A stretch of DNA of 64,000 nucleotides from Cyanobacteria bacterium P01_A01_bin.123 (GTDB lineage: Bacteria; Cyanobacteriota; Cyanobacteriia; Phormidesmidales; Phormidesmidaceae). Positions 51,946 through 61,237 of this stretch are shown here, one piece after another. Under the pieces are notes generated by a model. It saw only the letters and a list, made by a program, of their open reading frames with translations, did no database searches and was not told the origin of the DNA. The position numbers and the translations under genes were made by a program. The DNA lies in NCBI GenBank assembly GCA_039815185.1, contig JBCBZT010000025.1, forward strand, positions 1-64,000, written 5' to 3'. The first letter of the stretch is position 1. Every line of letters starts with the position of its first letter.

Positions 51946-53901
51946 ATGACAACCTCTTCCCCCCACTGGCATCGCATACTCGATCTGGATGAACTCCCCG
52001 AAGGTCGAGTCAAAACTGTAACGGTTGGCCACAAAAGTCTGGCGGTGACCCACCACGACGGGCAGTACGGGGCCTTAGACAACCACTGCCCCCACCAGGG
52101 GGGGCCATTGGGGGAGGGTTCGATTGAGAATGGACTGTTGCGATGTCCCTGGCACGGGTGGGACTACTGTCCCCTGACAGGTAAGGCTCCTGGTGACTTA
52201 GAGGTGGACGATGCCCTCGAAACCTTTGCTACAGAGGTACGAGCGGACGGGGTTTATGTGGCCATGCCAGAGGAGGAAACCCACATCCGCACGGTTACCG
52301 ATGTGATGGCGGAAACCCTGGTGAACTGGGGCGTGACCCATATTTTTGGCATGGTGGGCCACTCTAATTTGGGCTTGGCCGATGCCCTGCGTCGTCAAGA
52401 AAAACAGGGCAAGCTGACGTTCATTGGTATTCGTCACGAGGGGGCAGGGGCGTTTGCGGCTTCGGCCTATGCCAAATTGACGGGTCGCCCGGCGGCTTGT
52501 TTGACCATTGCCGGGCCAGGGGCGACGAACCTGCTGACAGGCATGTGGGACGCCAAGGTCGATCGCGCCCCGATTTTGGCCCTAACTGGGCAAGTGAAAT
52601 CCCAGGTGTTGGGTACGGGCAACTTTCAAGAATGTGATTTGGCGGCGGCATTTAGCGGCGTTGCGGTTTGGAGCCAAACGGTATTAAGCCATAGCAAGCA
52701 TGCTGAGCTCGTGAGTCAGGCGGTGAAGCATGCGCTACTTCAGCGAGATGTGGCCCATCTGATTTTCCCCGATGAGGTACAGACTGAGCCCGCCGTGGCT
52801 GAGGCTAAAGCTGCTAGCCCGGTGGGGCGGTTGACACCGCTGCAAATTGCGCCGCCACCAGAATCTTTGGATCAGGCTCTGACCTTACTGAAATCGGCTA
52901 AGCGTCCGGTGATTATTGTCGGGCATGGCGCTCGGTTTACCATGCCGCCGATCATTGCTCTGGCAGAATTGTTGAACGCGCCCGTGTTAACCACGTTTAA
53001 GGGGAAGGGGCAAATTTCTGACCGTCATCCCCTAGGCTGTGGGGTGTTGGGACGCAGCGGTACCCCGATTGCTTCTTGGTTTATGAACGAGTCTGATCTA
53101 TTGCTGGTATTTGGCGCATCTTTCTCAAACCATACGGGGATTTATTCAGGCAAACCCACCATTCAAGTAGACTTTGACCCGATGGCATTGGGCAAATTTC
53201 ATCCCGTAACGGTGCCCGTGTGGGGGGAAATCAGCGTGGTGGTAGAGCAATTCAAAACAGCGCTGGTGGATCACAACGGTACTGAAGATCAGCGGCCTCA
53301 AGTGGCGGAACGCTGGGCTATCTGGCGGGCGGAAAAACTGCGTCGTGAACGGGATGATCGGGGTAACGGGGTGAATTCAGCGGCGATCTTTGCGGCGATG
53401 ACTCGCCAGGTGCCTGCCAATGCCGTGATTTCAGTCGATGTGGGCAACAATACTTATTCTTTTGGACGCTACTTTGAGTGCGAGGCCCAGTCGGTGCTGA
53501 TGTCGGGGTATCTGGGCTCTATTGGCTTTGGATTTCCGGGGGCGATGGGGGCTTGGGCAGCGGCAGGCCATGAACGCCCGATTGTCTCTGTCTCTGGAGA
53601 TGGTGGGTTTGGGCAGTATATGGGCGACTTCAACACGGCGGTGAAATACGGCATGAACATCACCCACATCCTGCTGAACAACAGTGAACTCGGCAAAATT
53701 AGCAAAGAGCAGCGAGCCGGGGAATGGGATGTGTGGCAAACGTCGCTGCATAATCCTGATTTTTCTAAATATGCCGAAATTTGTGGGGGGTTTGGGGTGC
53801 GAGTGATCCAATCGGATGAGTTGGATAACGCGATCGCGTCCGCATTGGCCTACAATGGCCCAGCCATCGTCGAGGTGATGGCTGATGTGGATTTGATTTA
53901 A
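51946..53901 (+). CDS. Rieske domain fused to TPP-dependent enzyme (pyruvate oxidase/acetolactate synthase family)
   Basis: CPHQGGPL...CPWHGW; RHEGAGAFAA, GPGATNL, SGDGG...LNN. Confidence 0.9.
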   Translation: MTTSSPHWHRILDLDELPEGRVKTVTVGHKSLAVTHHDGQYGALDNHCPHQGGPLGEGSIENGLLRCPWHGWDYCPLTGKAPGDLEVDDALETFATEVRADGVYVAMPEEETHIRTVTDVMAETLVNWGVTHIFGMVGHSNLGLADALRRQEKQGKLTFIGIRHEGAGAFAASAYAKLTGRPAACLTIAGPGATNLLTGMWDAKVDRAPILALTGQVKSQVLGTGNFQECDLAAAFSGVAVWSQTVLSHSKHAELVSQAVKHALLQRDVAHLIFPDEVQTEPAVAEAKAASPVGRLTPLQIAPPPESLDQALTLLKSAKRPVIIVGHGARFTMPPIIALAELLNAPVLTTFKGKGQISDRHPLGCGVLGRSGTPIASWFMNESDLLLVFGASFSNHTGIYSGKPTIQVDFDPMALGKFHPVTVPVWGEISVVVEQFKTALVDHNGTEDQRPQVAERWAIWRAEKLRRERDDRGNGVNSAAIFAAMTRQVPANAVISVDVGNNTYSFGRYFECEAQSVLMSGYLGSIGFGFPGAMGAWAAAGHERPIVSVSGDGGFGQYMGDFNTAVKYGMNITHILLNNSELGKISKEQRAGEWDVWQTSLHNPDFSKYAEICGGFGVRVIQSDELDNAIASALAYNGPAIVEVMADVDLI

Positions 53902-53974
53902 ACCTTATTCAAGTTCAGACCTGGAATTTTGCCTATAGGAAAAGTCCACATTCCGAGCTGAACTTGGTATAGGT
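53902..53974. repeat. intergenic imperfect hairpin
   Basis: ACCTTATTCAAGTTCAG...CTGAACTTGGTATAGGT. Confidence 0.5.
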
Positions 53975-54027
53975 CAATTCTTTGGCCGATTTACAGAACT
54001 GTTTTGCAAGGTTGAGAGGTAATCAAA

Positions 54028-54303
54028 ATGGATGGGGTTGGGGTTGCGATCGCAGAAACGATTATCAAAATTGTGCGGGGCTATTTGTTCGCCGGATTGG
54101 TTTTTTCTGTACCCTTCTTAATTTTTGGCATTCAGCGCGTAGATCCGTCGGTGCGCTGGCATAACATCCTGTTTCGGGTTTTCATTTTGCCCGGTCTTTG
54201 CGTCTTCTGGCCGCTGTTTGCCGTGCGTTTAGTGCGGGGTAAGCGCCACCCGGTTGAACGCAATGCCCACCGCATTGCTGCTGGCCAAAACCATCCAGCT
54301 TAG
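54028..54303 (+). CDS. small 2-TM membrane protein
   Basis: 91 aa, GIQRVDP...FRVFILPG..VFWP; GAGAGG RBS; operonic. Confidence 0.75.
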   Translation: MDGVGVAIAETIIKIVRGYLFAGLVFSVPFLIFGIQRVDPSVRWHNILFRVFILPGLCVFWPLFAVRLVRGKRHPVERNAHRIAAGQNHPA

Positions 54304-54314
54304 GGAGAGTCACG

Positions 54315-54815
54315 ATGATTTTAGAAGAACGTCGAGTGCATTTCTACGCCTTTTCAGGGCTGGCTGTGGTGTTGCCCATCGTGTTCATTGCTGGGTTAGT
54401 GCTGCGCCCCAACTATGATGCTGTGAGCAATGAAGCAACTACCGATCTCTTTGCCCAAGCCGGATTTGCCACGGGGGAGGCTGGAGAGGCGATCGCCTCT
54501 GACACCCTCTCCCTAAAGGGAATTACCCTCACGGCAGAGTCAACTCGCAGCTCTGAGGGCGCTGTAATTTTGACCCTCCAACCCCAGCGCGACCCTGAAG
54601 TTGCTGATTTGTTGGTCTATTGGATGGCAGGTGAGGGCGAACCCGAAACCATTGATGCTGATGTCGTACTGCTGGGCCAGTTGGCCGGCACCGCCCGCCG
54701 CCAGTTTGAGGTACCCGCAGGGATTCAGGGGCAGGCTGGGCAACTGGTGTTTTATAGCCAAGGCCAACAGCAGGTCATTGGCACCGCACCGCTATCGGCA
54801 GAGATGACTCAGTAA
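54315..54815 (+). CDS. membrane-anchored hypothetical protein
   Basis: N-terminal TM followed by a beta-rich domain (DLLVYW...LLGQL...LVFYS); operonic spacing. Confidence 0.75.
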   Translation: MILEERRVHFYAFSGLAVVLPIVFIAGLVLRPNYDAVSNEATTDLFAQAGFATGEAGEAIASDTLSLKGITLTAESTRSSEGAVILTLQPQRDPEVADLLVYWMAGEGEPETIDADVVLLGQLAGTARRQFEVPAGIQGQAGQLVFYSQGQQQVIGTAPLSAEMTQ

Positions 54816-54826
54816 GGGATTGAACT

Positions 54827-55909
54827 ATGAGTACGGCCTACAAATCGATTCAGTGGAATCGTCAAAAAATTATTTATGACCTGGTGCTGTGGGCAGCGGT
54901 GGCGGCTTACATTGTGCTGTTTATGAGGGTGACCCAAAACATCGGCAGCGACCTAGACCTACGCGGTGTCCGGATTCGCGCCTACGGGTCGGCGGCGTTT
55001 ATTTTGCTGCACGTAATTCTTTCCATTGGTCCCCTGACCCGCCTTAGCCCCAAGTTTTACCCCCTGCTGTTTAACCGACGGCACATGGGGGTGACGATGT
55101 TTTTCTTAGCCCTGGTGCATGTGGTGGGGTTAGAGTTACCGCTCTTGCCCTGGAAGTTTGACGGTGCTCTCACCTGGTACCACGATTTTGGCAATCTCGA
55201 CCCATTGGTGAGCCTATTTGTCGGCAATAGCCACTATGGCGACTTTATCCAGTTTCCGTTTGAAATGCTGGGTGTTGTCGCGTTGGCAATCTTGTTTGTG
55301 ATGGCGGCCACGAGCCATGATTTTTGGTTGGTTAACCTCACGGCTCCGATTTGGAAGGCGCTGCACATGGGGGTATATCTGGCCTATGGGTTGCTGGTAG
55401 GGCACGTGGTGCTGGGGGCGCTGCAAAGCAACCGCCATCCGCTATTGACTGTTGCCGTAGGTGTCGGATTTGTGTGGATTGTGGGTCTGCATTGGCTGGC
55501 TGGTAAGCGAGAATTCGATCGCGATAAATCCCCAATTTCCGCCCCTCAAGATGGATTTGTTGAGGTGGGCAGCGTTAGCGATATTCCTGAGAGTCGCGCC
55601 AAAATCGTTACCCTGGCCGGAGAACGGGTAGCCATCTTTAAGTACGACGGCGAAATTTCGGCAGTGTCCAATGTGTGCCAGCACCAAAACGGCCCCCTGG
55701 GCGAGGGCAAAGTGGTGGATGGCTGCATCACCTGTCCCTGGCATGGCTATCAGTATTTGCCAGAGGAAGGGGCATCCCCACCCCCCTTTACCGAGCGCAT
55801 TCCCACCTTTGATGTGAAACTCAACGGCGATCGCATCTGGGTCAAAACCACCCCAAATCCACCGGGTACCCATACCCCTGCTGCCGTGATTCCCCCTCAA
55901 TTTGTCTAG
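54827..55909 (+). CDS. ferric-reductase/MsrQ-like heme-b membrane protein with C-terminal Rieske domain
   Basis: LSIGPL...NRRHMGV...LVH, ATSHD...WKALHMGVYLAY...GH; CQHQNGPL...CPWHGY. Confidence 0.85.
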   Translation: MSTAYKSIQWNRQKIIYDLVLWAAVAAYIVLFMRVTQNIGSDLDLRGVRIRAYGSAAFILLHVILSIGPLTRLSPKFYPLLFNRRHMGVTMFFLALVHVVGLELPLLPWKFDGALTWYHDFGNLDPLVSLFVGNSHYGDFIQFPFEMLGVVALAILFVMAATSHDFWLVNLTAPIWKALHMGVYLAYGLLVGHVVLGALQSNRHPLLTVAVGVGFVWIVGLHWLAGKREFDRDKSPISAPQDGFVEVGSVSDIPESRAKIVTLAGERVAIFKYDGEISAVSNVCQHQNGPLGEGKVVDGCITCPWHGYQYLPEEGASPPPFTERIPTFDVKLNGDRIWVKTTPNPPGTHTPAAVIPPQFV

Positions 55910-55930
55910 GATTTTTGTCTGAGAACCGCC

Positions 55931-56689
55931 ATGAGCACTCCAACCAACGACGAGTTTTACGTCAATTACGGTAAGATTCCCCCCAGCTATCGCCGCTTCT
56001 TGGTGAAATTTATCCCCCTTTTGGTGATTGGGGCGATTCTATTTGCATTAATCTTTCCCCGCGTCCACGACCAGTTCAATTTGGGCAAAATCCAGGGCGT
56101 TAAAGAATATGAGGGTTTTCTAGCGACCAACCCGGTTCCCCACATCATCGTGCCTCGACCTGGCAATACCGCAGGCGAAGCCGCCTTTTCTCGCTACATT
56201 CTCTCAGCGACCAATAAGGCTGGCCCGAGCCCCAGAATTCTGGAGCAAGCGGGTAACTGGGTCACCCTCAGCGGCATTTTAGTCTCGCGCAATAACCTGT
56301 CGGTAGTAGCTGTACGCTCTGCCGAACCGCTCGATCCGCCTGCAGGGGTGACCGTGCGCCCTGACGAGGGCGTCTCGCTCGGCGAATTTGCTTTGGATGG
56401 CGAAATCGTGGATGGCAAATGCTATCCCGGTATTATGAAACCGGGGCGAACTAAAACCCACCGAGCCTGTGCTATTCGCTGCATTAGCGGCGGCGTACCC
56501 GCTGTATTTCGCGTCAGCAACGGTGGTGATGTGATGTATTTCTTGCTGGCTGATTTAGCAGGAGAAGCCGTCAATGATCGGGTTTTGGATTTAGTCGCCG
56601 ATGATGTGCGCATCACTGGAGAAGTCATTCAATATGACGACATGTATGTGATTCAGTCTGACCCAGCCAGCTATGAGCGGTTGGGCTAG
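55931..56689 (+). CDS. membrane-anchored Cys-containing hypothetical protein
   Basis: Single TM; GEIVDGKCYPGIMKPG..KTHRACAIRCISGGVP. Confidence 0.75.
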   Translation: MSTPTNDEFYVNYGKIPPSYRRFLVKFIPLLVIGAILFALIFPRVHDQFNLGKIQGVKEYEGFLATNPVPHIIVPRPGNTAGEAAFSRYILSATNKAGPSPRILEQAGNWVTLSGILVSRNNLSVVAVRSAEPLDPPAGVTVRPDEGVSLGEFALDGEIVDGKCYPGIMKPGRTKTHRACAIRCISGGVPAVFRVSNGGDVMYFLLADLAGEAVNDRVLDLVADDVRITGEVIQYDDMYVIQSDPASYERLG

Positions 56690-56715
56690 TTATTTAAACA
56701 GGGTTGACAGGCGTT

Positions 56716-57414
56716 ATGGGGCTAGAACTGAAAAGTGTTGTCCCATGGGGGCGCTGTTTTGATGAATATCGTCGCATGTTCGAGCTCAGTGATGCTGACT
56801 TGGCCCGCACCCTGCTGGACTGTGGTGGTGGCCCTGCCAGCTTTAACACCGAGATGACTCAGCGGGGATACACCATCACCTCTTGCGACCCGATTTATCA
56901 GTTCTCCGCTGTCGAAATTGCCCAACGGATTGACGCCACCTATGCCACCATCATCAGTGGCGTTCTAGAAAATCTGGATCACTACGTTTGGCGTGAGATT
57001 CCCAATCCAGAGGTACTGGGCAAAGTTCGGATGGCTGCCATGACCCAGTTTTTAGCCGACTTTCCAACCGGGCTGGCGGCAGGTCGCTACCAGGTGGCAG
57101 CTTTGCCCAACCTGCCCTTTGCCGATCACCAGTTTGACTTGGCCTTGTGTAGCCATTTGCTTTTTACCTATTCTGACCAGTTGTCGCTGGCATTTCATTT
57201 AGAGGCGATAGAAAGCCTGTGTCGTGTTGCCTCAGAAGTGCGAATTTTCCCGTTGTTGCGTTTGGATGGGGAAGCCTCACCTTGGTTACCCCCCATTCTT
57301 GACCGTCTACAAACCCAGAACTTAGAATACGAAGTCAGAATCACGGCCTACGAATTTCAAATGGGTGGCAATCAGCTATTAAAAATTTTTTCTGGCAATC
57401 GCGGCAAAGCATGA
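56716..57414 (+). CDS. SAM-dependent methyltransferase-like protein
   Basis: LLDCGGGPASF, LPFADHQFDLALCSHLLF. Confidence 0.8.
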   Translation: MGLELKSVVPWGRCFDEYRRMFELSDADLARTLLDCGGGPASFNTEMTQRGYTITSCDPIYQFSAVEIAQRIDATYATIISGVLENLDHYVWREIPNPEVLGKVRMAAMTQFLADFPTGLAAGRYQVAALPNLPFADHQFDLALCSHLLFTYSDQLSLAFHLEAIESLCRVASEVRIFPLLRLDGEASPWLPPILDRLQTQNLEYEVRITAYEFQMGGNQLLKIFSGNRGKA

Positions 57415-57839
57415 AAGCGAATCCTACAGAACCTATACCGGCAGAAGCTATTCAACGACTCCACTCTGGCGCACCGTGGGAATCTCAAGTGGGGTATTGT
57501 CGAGCCGTGCGGGTGGGTAACTTTATTACCGTTTCCGGTACTGCCCCCATTGACGAACAGGGTCAAACCTATGCCCCTGGCGATGCCTATGCCCAGGCCC
57601 GCCGCTGCCTAGAACTGATTCAGCAGATCTTAGAAAAAATGGATTCGGGCTGCGATCGCGTGATTCGCACTCGTATGTTTGTCACCGACATTAGCCGCTG
57701 GGCCGAATATGGCAAAGCCCACGGTGAGTTTTTTGCTGCCCATCCCCCCGCCACGTCAATGGTGGAAGTGAAGGCGTTAATTGATCCTGAAATGCTGATC
57801 GAGATTGAGGCGGAGGCCTTTGTTACCCTGCCTGATTAA
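57411..57839 (+). CDS. RidA/YjgF/UK114 family protein
   Basis: WESQVGYCRAVRVG, VSGTA, RTRMFVTDI, PATSMVEV..LI...LIEIEAEA; ATGA overlap with the upstream gene. Confidence 0.9.
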   Translation: MKANPTEPIPAEAIQRLHSGAPWESQVGYCRAVRVGNFITVSGTAPIDEQGQTYAPGDAYAQARRCLELIQQILEKMDSGCDRVIRTRMFVTDISRWAEYGKAHGEFFAAHPPATSMVEVKALIDPEMLIEIEAEAFVTLPD

Positions 57840-57947
57840 TGCTATCGCTTAGGAAAACGCCACATCCCGAATTGGACAGGGGTTAAGCCTATGAACCTGA
57901 ATGGATAGGCTAGACATTGCCAGGCTCACCCGATAGGCTAGTCGAGT

Positions 57948-58157
57948 ATGCCAAGGCTGAGAGCGATGATTAATGCTGGCGATCTGGTAAAAGCCATTCT
58001 CTGCCGAGGCCCTGAATGCCCCCAGTGGAGAGTTGAGGCTGTAGAAGGTAATGAGGTGCTATTGCGCCATCACTCTGGTTCAAGGATTGATGTCTTACAG
58101 TACGGCTGGACTAATTGTGAAGAATACACTGTGATTCGGCGGGCTTCTGATTTCTAA
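57948..58157 (+). CDS. small hypothetical protein
   Basis: 69-aa ORF with an SH3/KOW-like pattern (GDLVK...WRVEAVEGNEVLLR); start may be 57966. Confidence 0.4.
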   Translation: MPRLRAMINAGDLVKAILCRGPECPQWRVEAVEGNEVLLRHHSGSRIDVLQYGWTNCEEYTVIRRASDF

Positions 58158-58196
58158 AGCCCAACTGTCTAATCGTGCGATCGCGCCCAAACAAAA

Positions 58197-58937
58197 TCAC
58201 CCATCAAACGCGGCCTTAAAGAACGCAATAATTTCTACCCAGGCTGCATCTGTCGCCACTGGATCGTAGCGGTAGCCATCATCTCGCATGAAGGTGTGAT
58301 TGGCTTCATACAGCAGGCTTTTATGCTGTGTCCCTGCATCCTCTAAAGCCTTGAGAATTTGGACTCTGCCCTCTAATGGCACGTGGGGATCTAGCGTCCC
58401 AAAGACAGTTAACACTGGCCCGGTAAGTTCGCTTACCCGCTCAATCGTATCGGCGACGCCCCGCCCTAACTTGCCGCTATGAATGCCAGTGGGATAACAA
58501 CACGCTGACGCTTTTACCTCTGACTGCAAGGCTGCTCGAAAAGCTAAATGTCCACCAATACAGAACCCCATGGTGCCGATTTTGCCAGCTGCAACGCTGT
58601 TTTCAGCCGCTAACCAATCCAGCACTGCGCGGGCATCGGCATCATAGTCAGCAATCGCGGTGCGTCGGGCTGCGTCGTTGCCTCGCAACCGCCCTAGATC
58701 GTTGGGTTCAATGATGGTGCCGATGGGTTCGAGCCGATGGAAGATTTCGGGAGCTGCCACCACATAACCGTAACCAGCCAGCCGGTCTGCTAATAGCGTG
58801 ATGGGTTTGCCTAATTGATAAATGTCGGAATAAAACAAGATGCCAGGATACTGGCCCTCAGGTTGTGGGGATGCCACATAGACTCGCATGAGGCTGTCAT
58901 CTACGGTCAACCCAATGTTTTGCTGCTTGATCTGCAT
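58197..58937 (-). CDS. dienelactone hydrolase family protein
   Basis: GFCIGG nucleophile motif, GTLDPHVP, NHTFMRD. Confidence 0.9.
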   Translation of the reverse strand: MQIKQQNIGLTVDDSLMRVYVASPQPEGQYPGILFYSDIYQLGKPITLLADRLAGYGYVVAAPEIFHRLEPIGTIIEPNDLGRLRGNDAARRTAIADYDADARAVLDWLAAENSVAAGKIGTMGFCIGGHLAFRAALQSEVKASACCYPTGIHSGKLGRGVADTIERVSELTGPVLTVFGTLDPHVPLEGRVQILKALEDAGTQHKSLLYEANHTFMRDDGYRYDPVATDAAWVEIIAFFKAAFDG

Positions 58938-58981
58938 AGGGGTAGTTTCTGGTAGGTTGAGGACTTCATGCTATGAATCGG

Positions 58982-59019
58982 ACAATTAGGGTTGCTGTCC
59001 CTCGCGCAACCCTAATTGT
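58982..59019. repeat. perfect 14-bp inverted repeat
   Basis: ACAATTAGGGTTGC-N10-GCAACCCTAATTGT. Confidence 0.7.
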
Positions 59020-59088
59020 GACCAGAGTGCAAATATCACCAAGAGAATCGCGATCCAAGATTCCAGCAAGATGAGGATATTCATCTTC

Positions 59089-59119
59089 AAAAAGCCCCCA
59101 ACAATGATGTCGGGGGCTT
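59089..59119 (-). terminator. intrinsic terminator
   Basis: AAGCCCCCGACATCATTGTTGGGGGCTTTTT on the minus strand: GC stem plus U tract. Confidence 0.7.
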
Positions 59120-59189
59120 AATCATAATCATTCGAGTCCAAGCTAGCCATGACTGAGAAGCTCGATCTGATCATGCCGCTTCAGACTGA

Positions 59190-59369
59190 TCATGCCGCTT
59201 CAGAATCCTCTGATTCAGACATTTGCCGTTCCATCGTTTGGATAGCAGCATTAGTGGCTGCTAGGCGAGTTTCGAGGGAATCACGGACGGCCTTCAGATG
59301 CTTCAACTTAAACTGCTGATAATCCTTGAAAGAAGGGGCTTGGGAGCCATGGCAAAAGGGAAAGAACAT
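59190..59369 (-). CDS. small coiled-coil hypothetical protein (59 aa)
   Basis: MFFPFCHG...KLKHLKAVRDSLETRLAATNAAIQTMERQM; followed by a terminator. Confidence 0.65.
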   Translation of the reverse strand: MFFPFCHGSQAPSFKDYQQFKLKHLKAVRDSLETRLAATNAAIQTMERQMSESEDSEAA

Positions 59370-59560
59370 GTTTAGAGACCGAAGCGACAACACATACCAG
59401 TTAACCAGAGCCGGTCTTAATATGTCGGTAAAGTGCTAGACAAAGGCAGGTCATCAACTGACAAGCATGATTTCTCGGCAGTGAGATGCTTCTTAGCAGG
59501 TTTGTTGGCGCAGGTCTCTTGCTGCAGCGCGTGGATGAAGCGATCGCGATCGCCAATCGA

Positions 59561-59830
59561 CTAAAACACCTGGTTCCAGGCATAGACTTCATAGTCTGTC
59601 CAGATGCCGTTTTGCCAGTAAGGGTCGCCTTCGACCAGTTGGCGTATCGTTCCCTCGTCCTCCGCCTCGTAAATGCCGAACACCTTTGTGTTATCTACTG
59701 TTGGCCCCAATGCTGTCAGAATCCCTTGATCCTTTTGAGATTGCAGCCCCTTCAAATGGGCCTCACGATAGGGGGTGCGCTTTTCTAGGGCGTTTTCGCA
59801 GTAGCTGCCCCACATCACAAACTTGGCCAT
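59561..59830 (-). CDS. YciI family protein
   Basis: KRTPYREAHL...LGPT...DPYWQNGIW. Confidence 0.88.
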   Translation of the reverse strand: MAKFVMWGSYCENALEKRTPYREAHLKGLQSQKDQGILTALGPTVDNTKVFGIYEAEDEGTIRQLVEGDPYWQNGIWTDYEVYAWNQVF

Positions 59831-59912
59831 CAGTCCAGTTTCCTCACTTGTCTAACCCTGTTGAACCGATTACAGCTCCTGCAAAATTATGCCTGATTGC
59901 GTGTCGGTTGGG

Positions 59913-61154
59913 TTAAGGGCTGCTGGCTTCGCAGGCGATCAGCTTTTCTAGAATCGCGATCGCCTCCGGATTTCCCCCCTGCCTCACCTGATCTTCCATG
60001 GCCACATTTAGCAACTCCATTTGCAACCGCATGAGGTAAGCCTGCTCAACGTCATAGCTCTCTGGTTCTACCACTTTGCCCGTGCGGGTGAGATTTTGCT
60101 GGTAGGACAAACCAACGTCAAACTCTACCTCATCGGCTAAGGCATTGAGCACAAACTGTTGTTCTGGACGGCTGATCGCGGCTAGATCGGCCATGGGTTG
60201 ATTCAAAATGCGATCGCGCTCAGCTTCGGTCACCTGCCGTTGCAACCAAGCTTCCACCGTGGAGATTGGCCAGTCTGAAGTTTGCTCATCGATCTTGGCA
60301 AACGCATGGGCTTCCGCAAAAGACACCGTCCCATTGTTGTCATAGTCGGCGGAGTCTACCGTTTCTCCAGTGCGATCGACGCCACTGAGTCCGGCAAAGA
60401 AGCTAGAACTGTAGTCTCTATAGTCAGCTTCATCAACTTTTGGGGTACAGCCCACTGAGGGACGCGTGGCCACAGTGGCAAAAAAGCCACAGCGGGTTTG
60501 CAAGGCTACGGGCTGGTCAGGGTCGCCCCCTTCATAAATCAAATTGGTAAAGGAACCTGAAAAGCACTGGGCCATCATAGTAACAAAGGGCTGCTCTGAA
60601 GATTGATTGAGCTCGGTGCGATCGAGCAGACGGGCTAGGGTGCGTACAGAGTAAGCGTCATCGCCCCAGAGCAACAAGGCATTATCGTCAGCGTTGCGGC
60701 GGTTGAATGAACCGTGCCCAGTGAAATAGAAAAAGGTAGGACAGTCCGTTGATTGATTGGCCACCCACTGGCTTAAATTACGACGGGTTGAAGCTCCTTC
60801 CAAACCTGGAATTTCTGGCGGCTTAAACCGTTCGCGTCCCCAGTTGTTGAGGTAGCGAACGGTCGCTTGACCGTCGTTACCATTGGCAAAAAACAGGCTG
60901 GCCGAGGCGGGGTCAAAGCCCAAAACGCTCAGAGTGCGCTGAAAATACAGTACGTTCTTTTCTAGGGCGATCTCATTGTAAGACGGGTCACCGCCGCCGC
61001 CCATCACCAAAAAATTAAAGGACTGAGTCTGCCCCTGAGACCTGGAATCTAACGATTGGTCCAACGATTGATATGAGGAGGTCGATCGCCCCAAGGCAGT
61101 TAACCCTAACGCAATCGCGCCGACTATCCCCAGAACTCGCCAATGTTTCACCAT
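59913..61154 (-). CDS. exported clan CD cysteine peptidase (caspase/legumain C13-like)
   Basis: N-terminal signal/TM; FYFTGHG and MAQCFSG His-Cys dyad. Confidence 0.72.
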   Translation of the reverse strand: MVKHWRVLGIVGAIALGLTALGRSTSSYQSLDQSLDSRSQGQTQSFNFLVMGGGGDPSYNEIALEKNVLYFQRTLSVLGFDPASASLFFANGNDGQATVRYLNNWGRERFKPPEIPGLEGASTRRNLSQWVANQSTDCPTFFYFTGHGSFNRRNADDNALLLWGDDAYSVRTLARLLDRTELNQSSEQPFVTMMAQCFSGSFTNLIYEGGDPDQPVALQTRCGFFATVATRPSVGCTPKVDEADYRDYSSSFFAGLSGVDRTGETVDSADYDNNGTVSFAEAHAFAKIDEQTSDWPISTVEAWLQRQVTEAERDRILNQPMADLAAISRPEQQFVLNALADEVEFDVGLSYQQNLTRTGKVVEPESYDVEQAYLMRLQMELLNVAMEDQVRQGGNPEAIAILEKLIACEASSP

Positions 61155-61237
61155 AGTCCTGACCCAACTTGCCAGCCATCTTCAGTGTACCGTCCTAAAA
61201 TCAGGCCCATTAAGATTCTTTTGATCCCTATTCAAAC

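Noticed and set aside
51669..52082. Pro-rich and Gly/Trp-rich ORFs (51669-51932 +, 51741-52082 -)
   Set aside because: Artefacts of the G/C-skewed repeat tract
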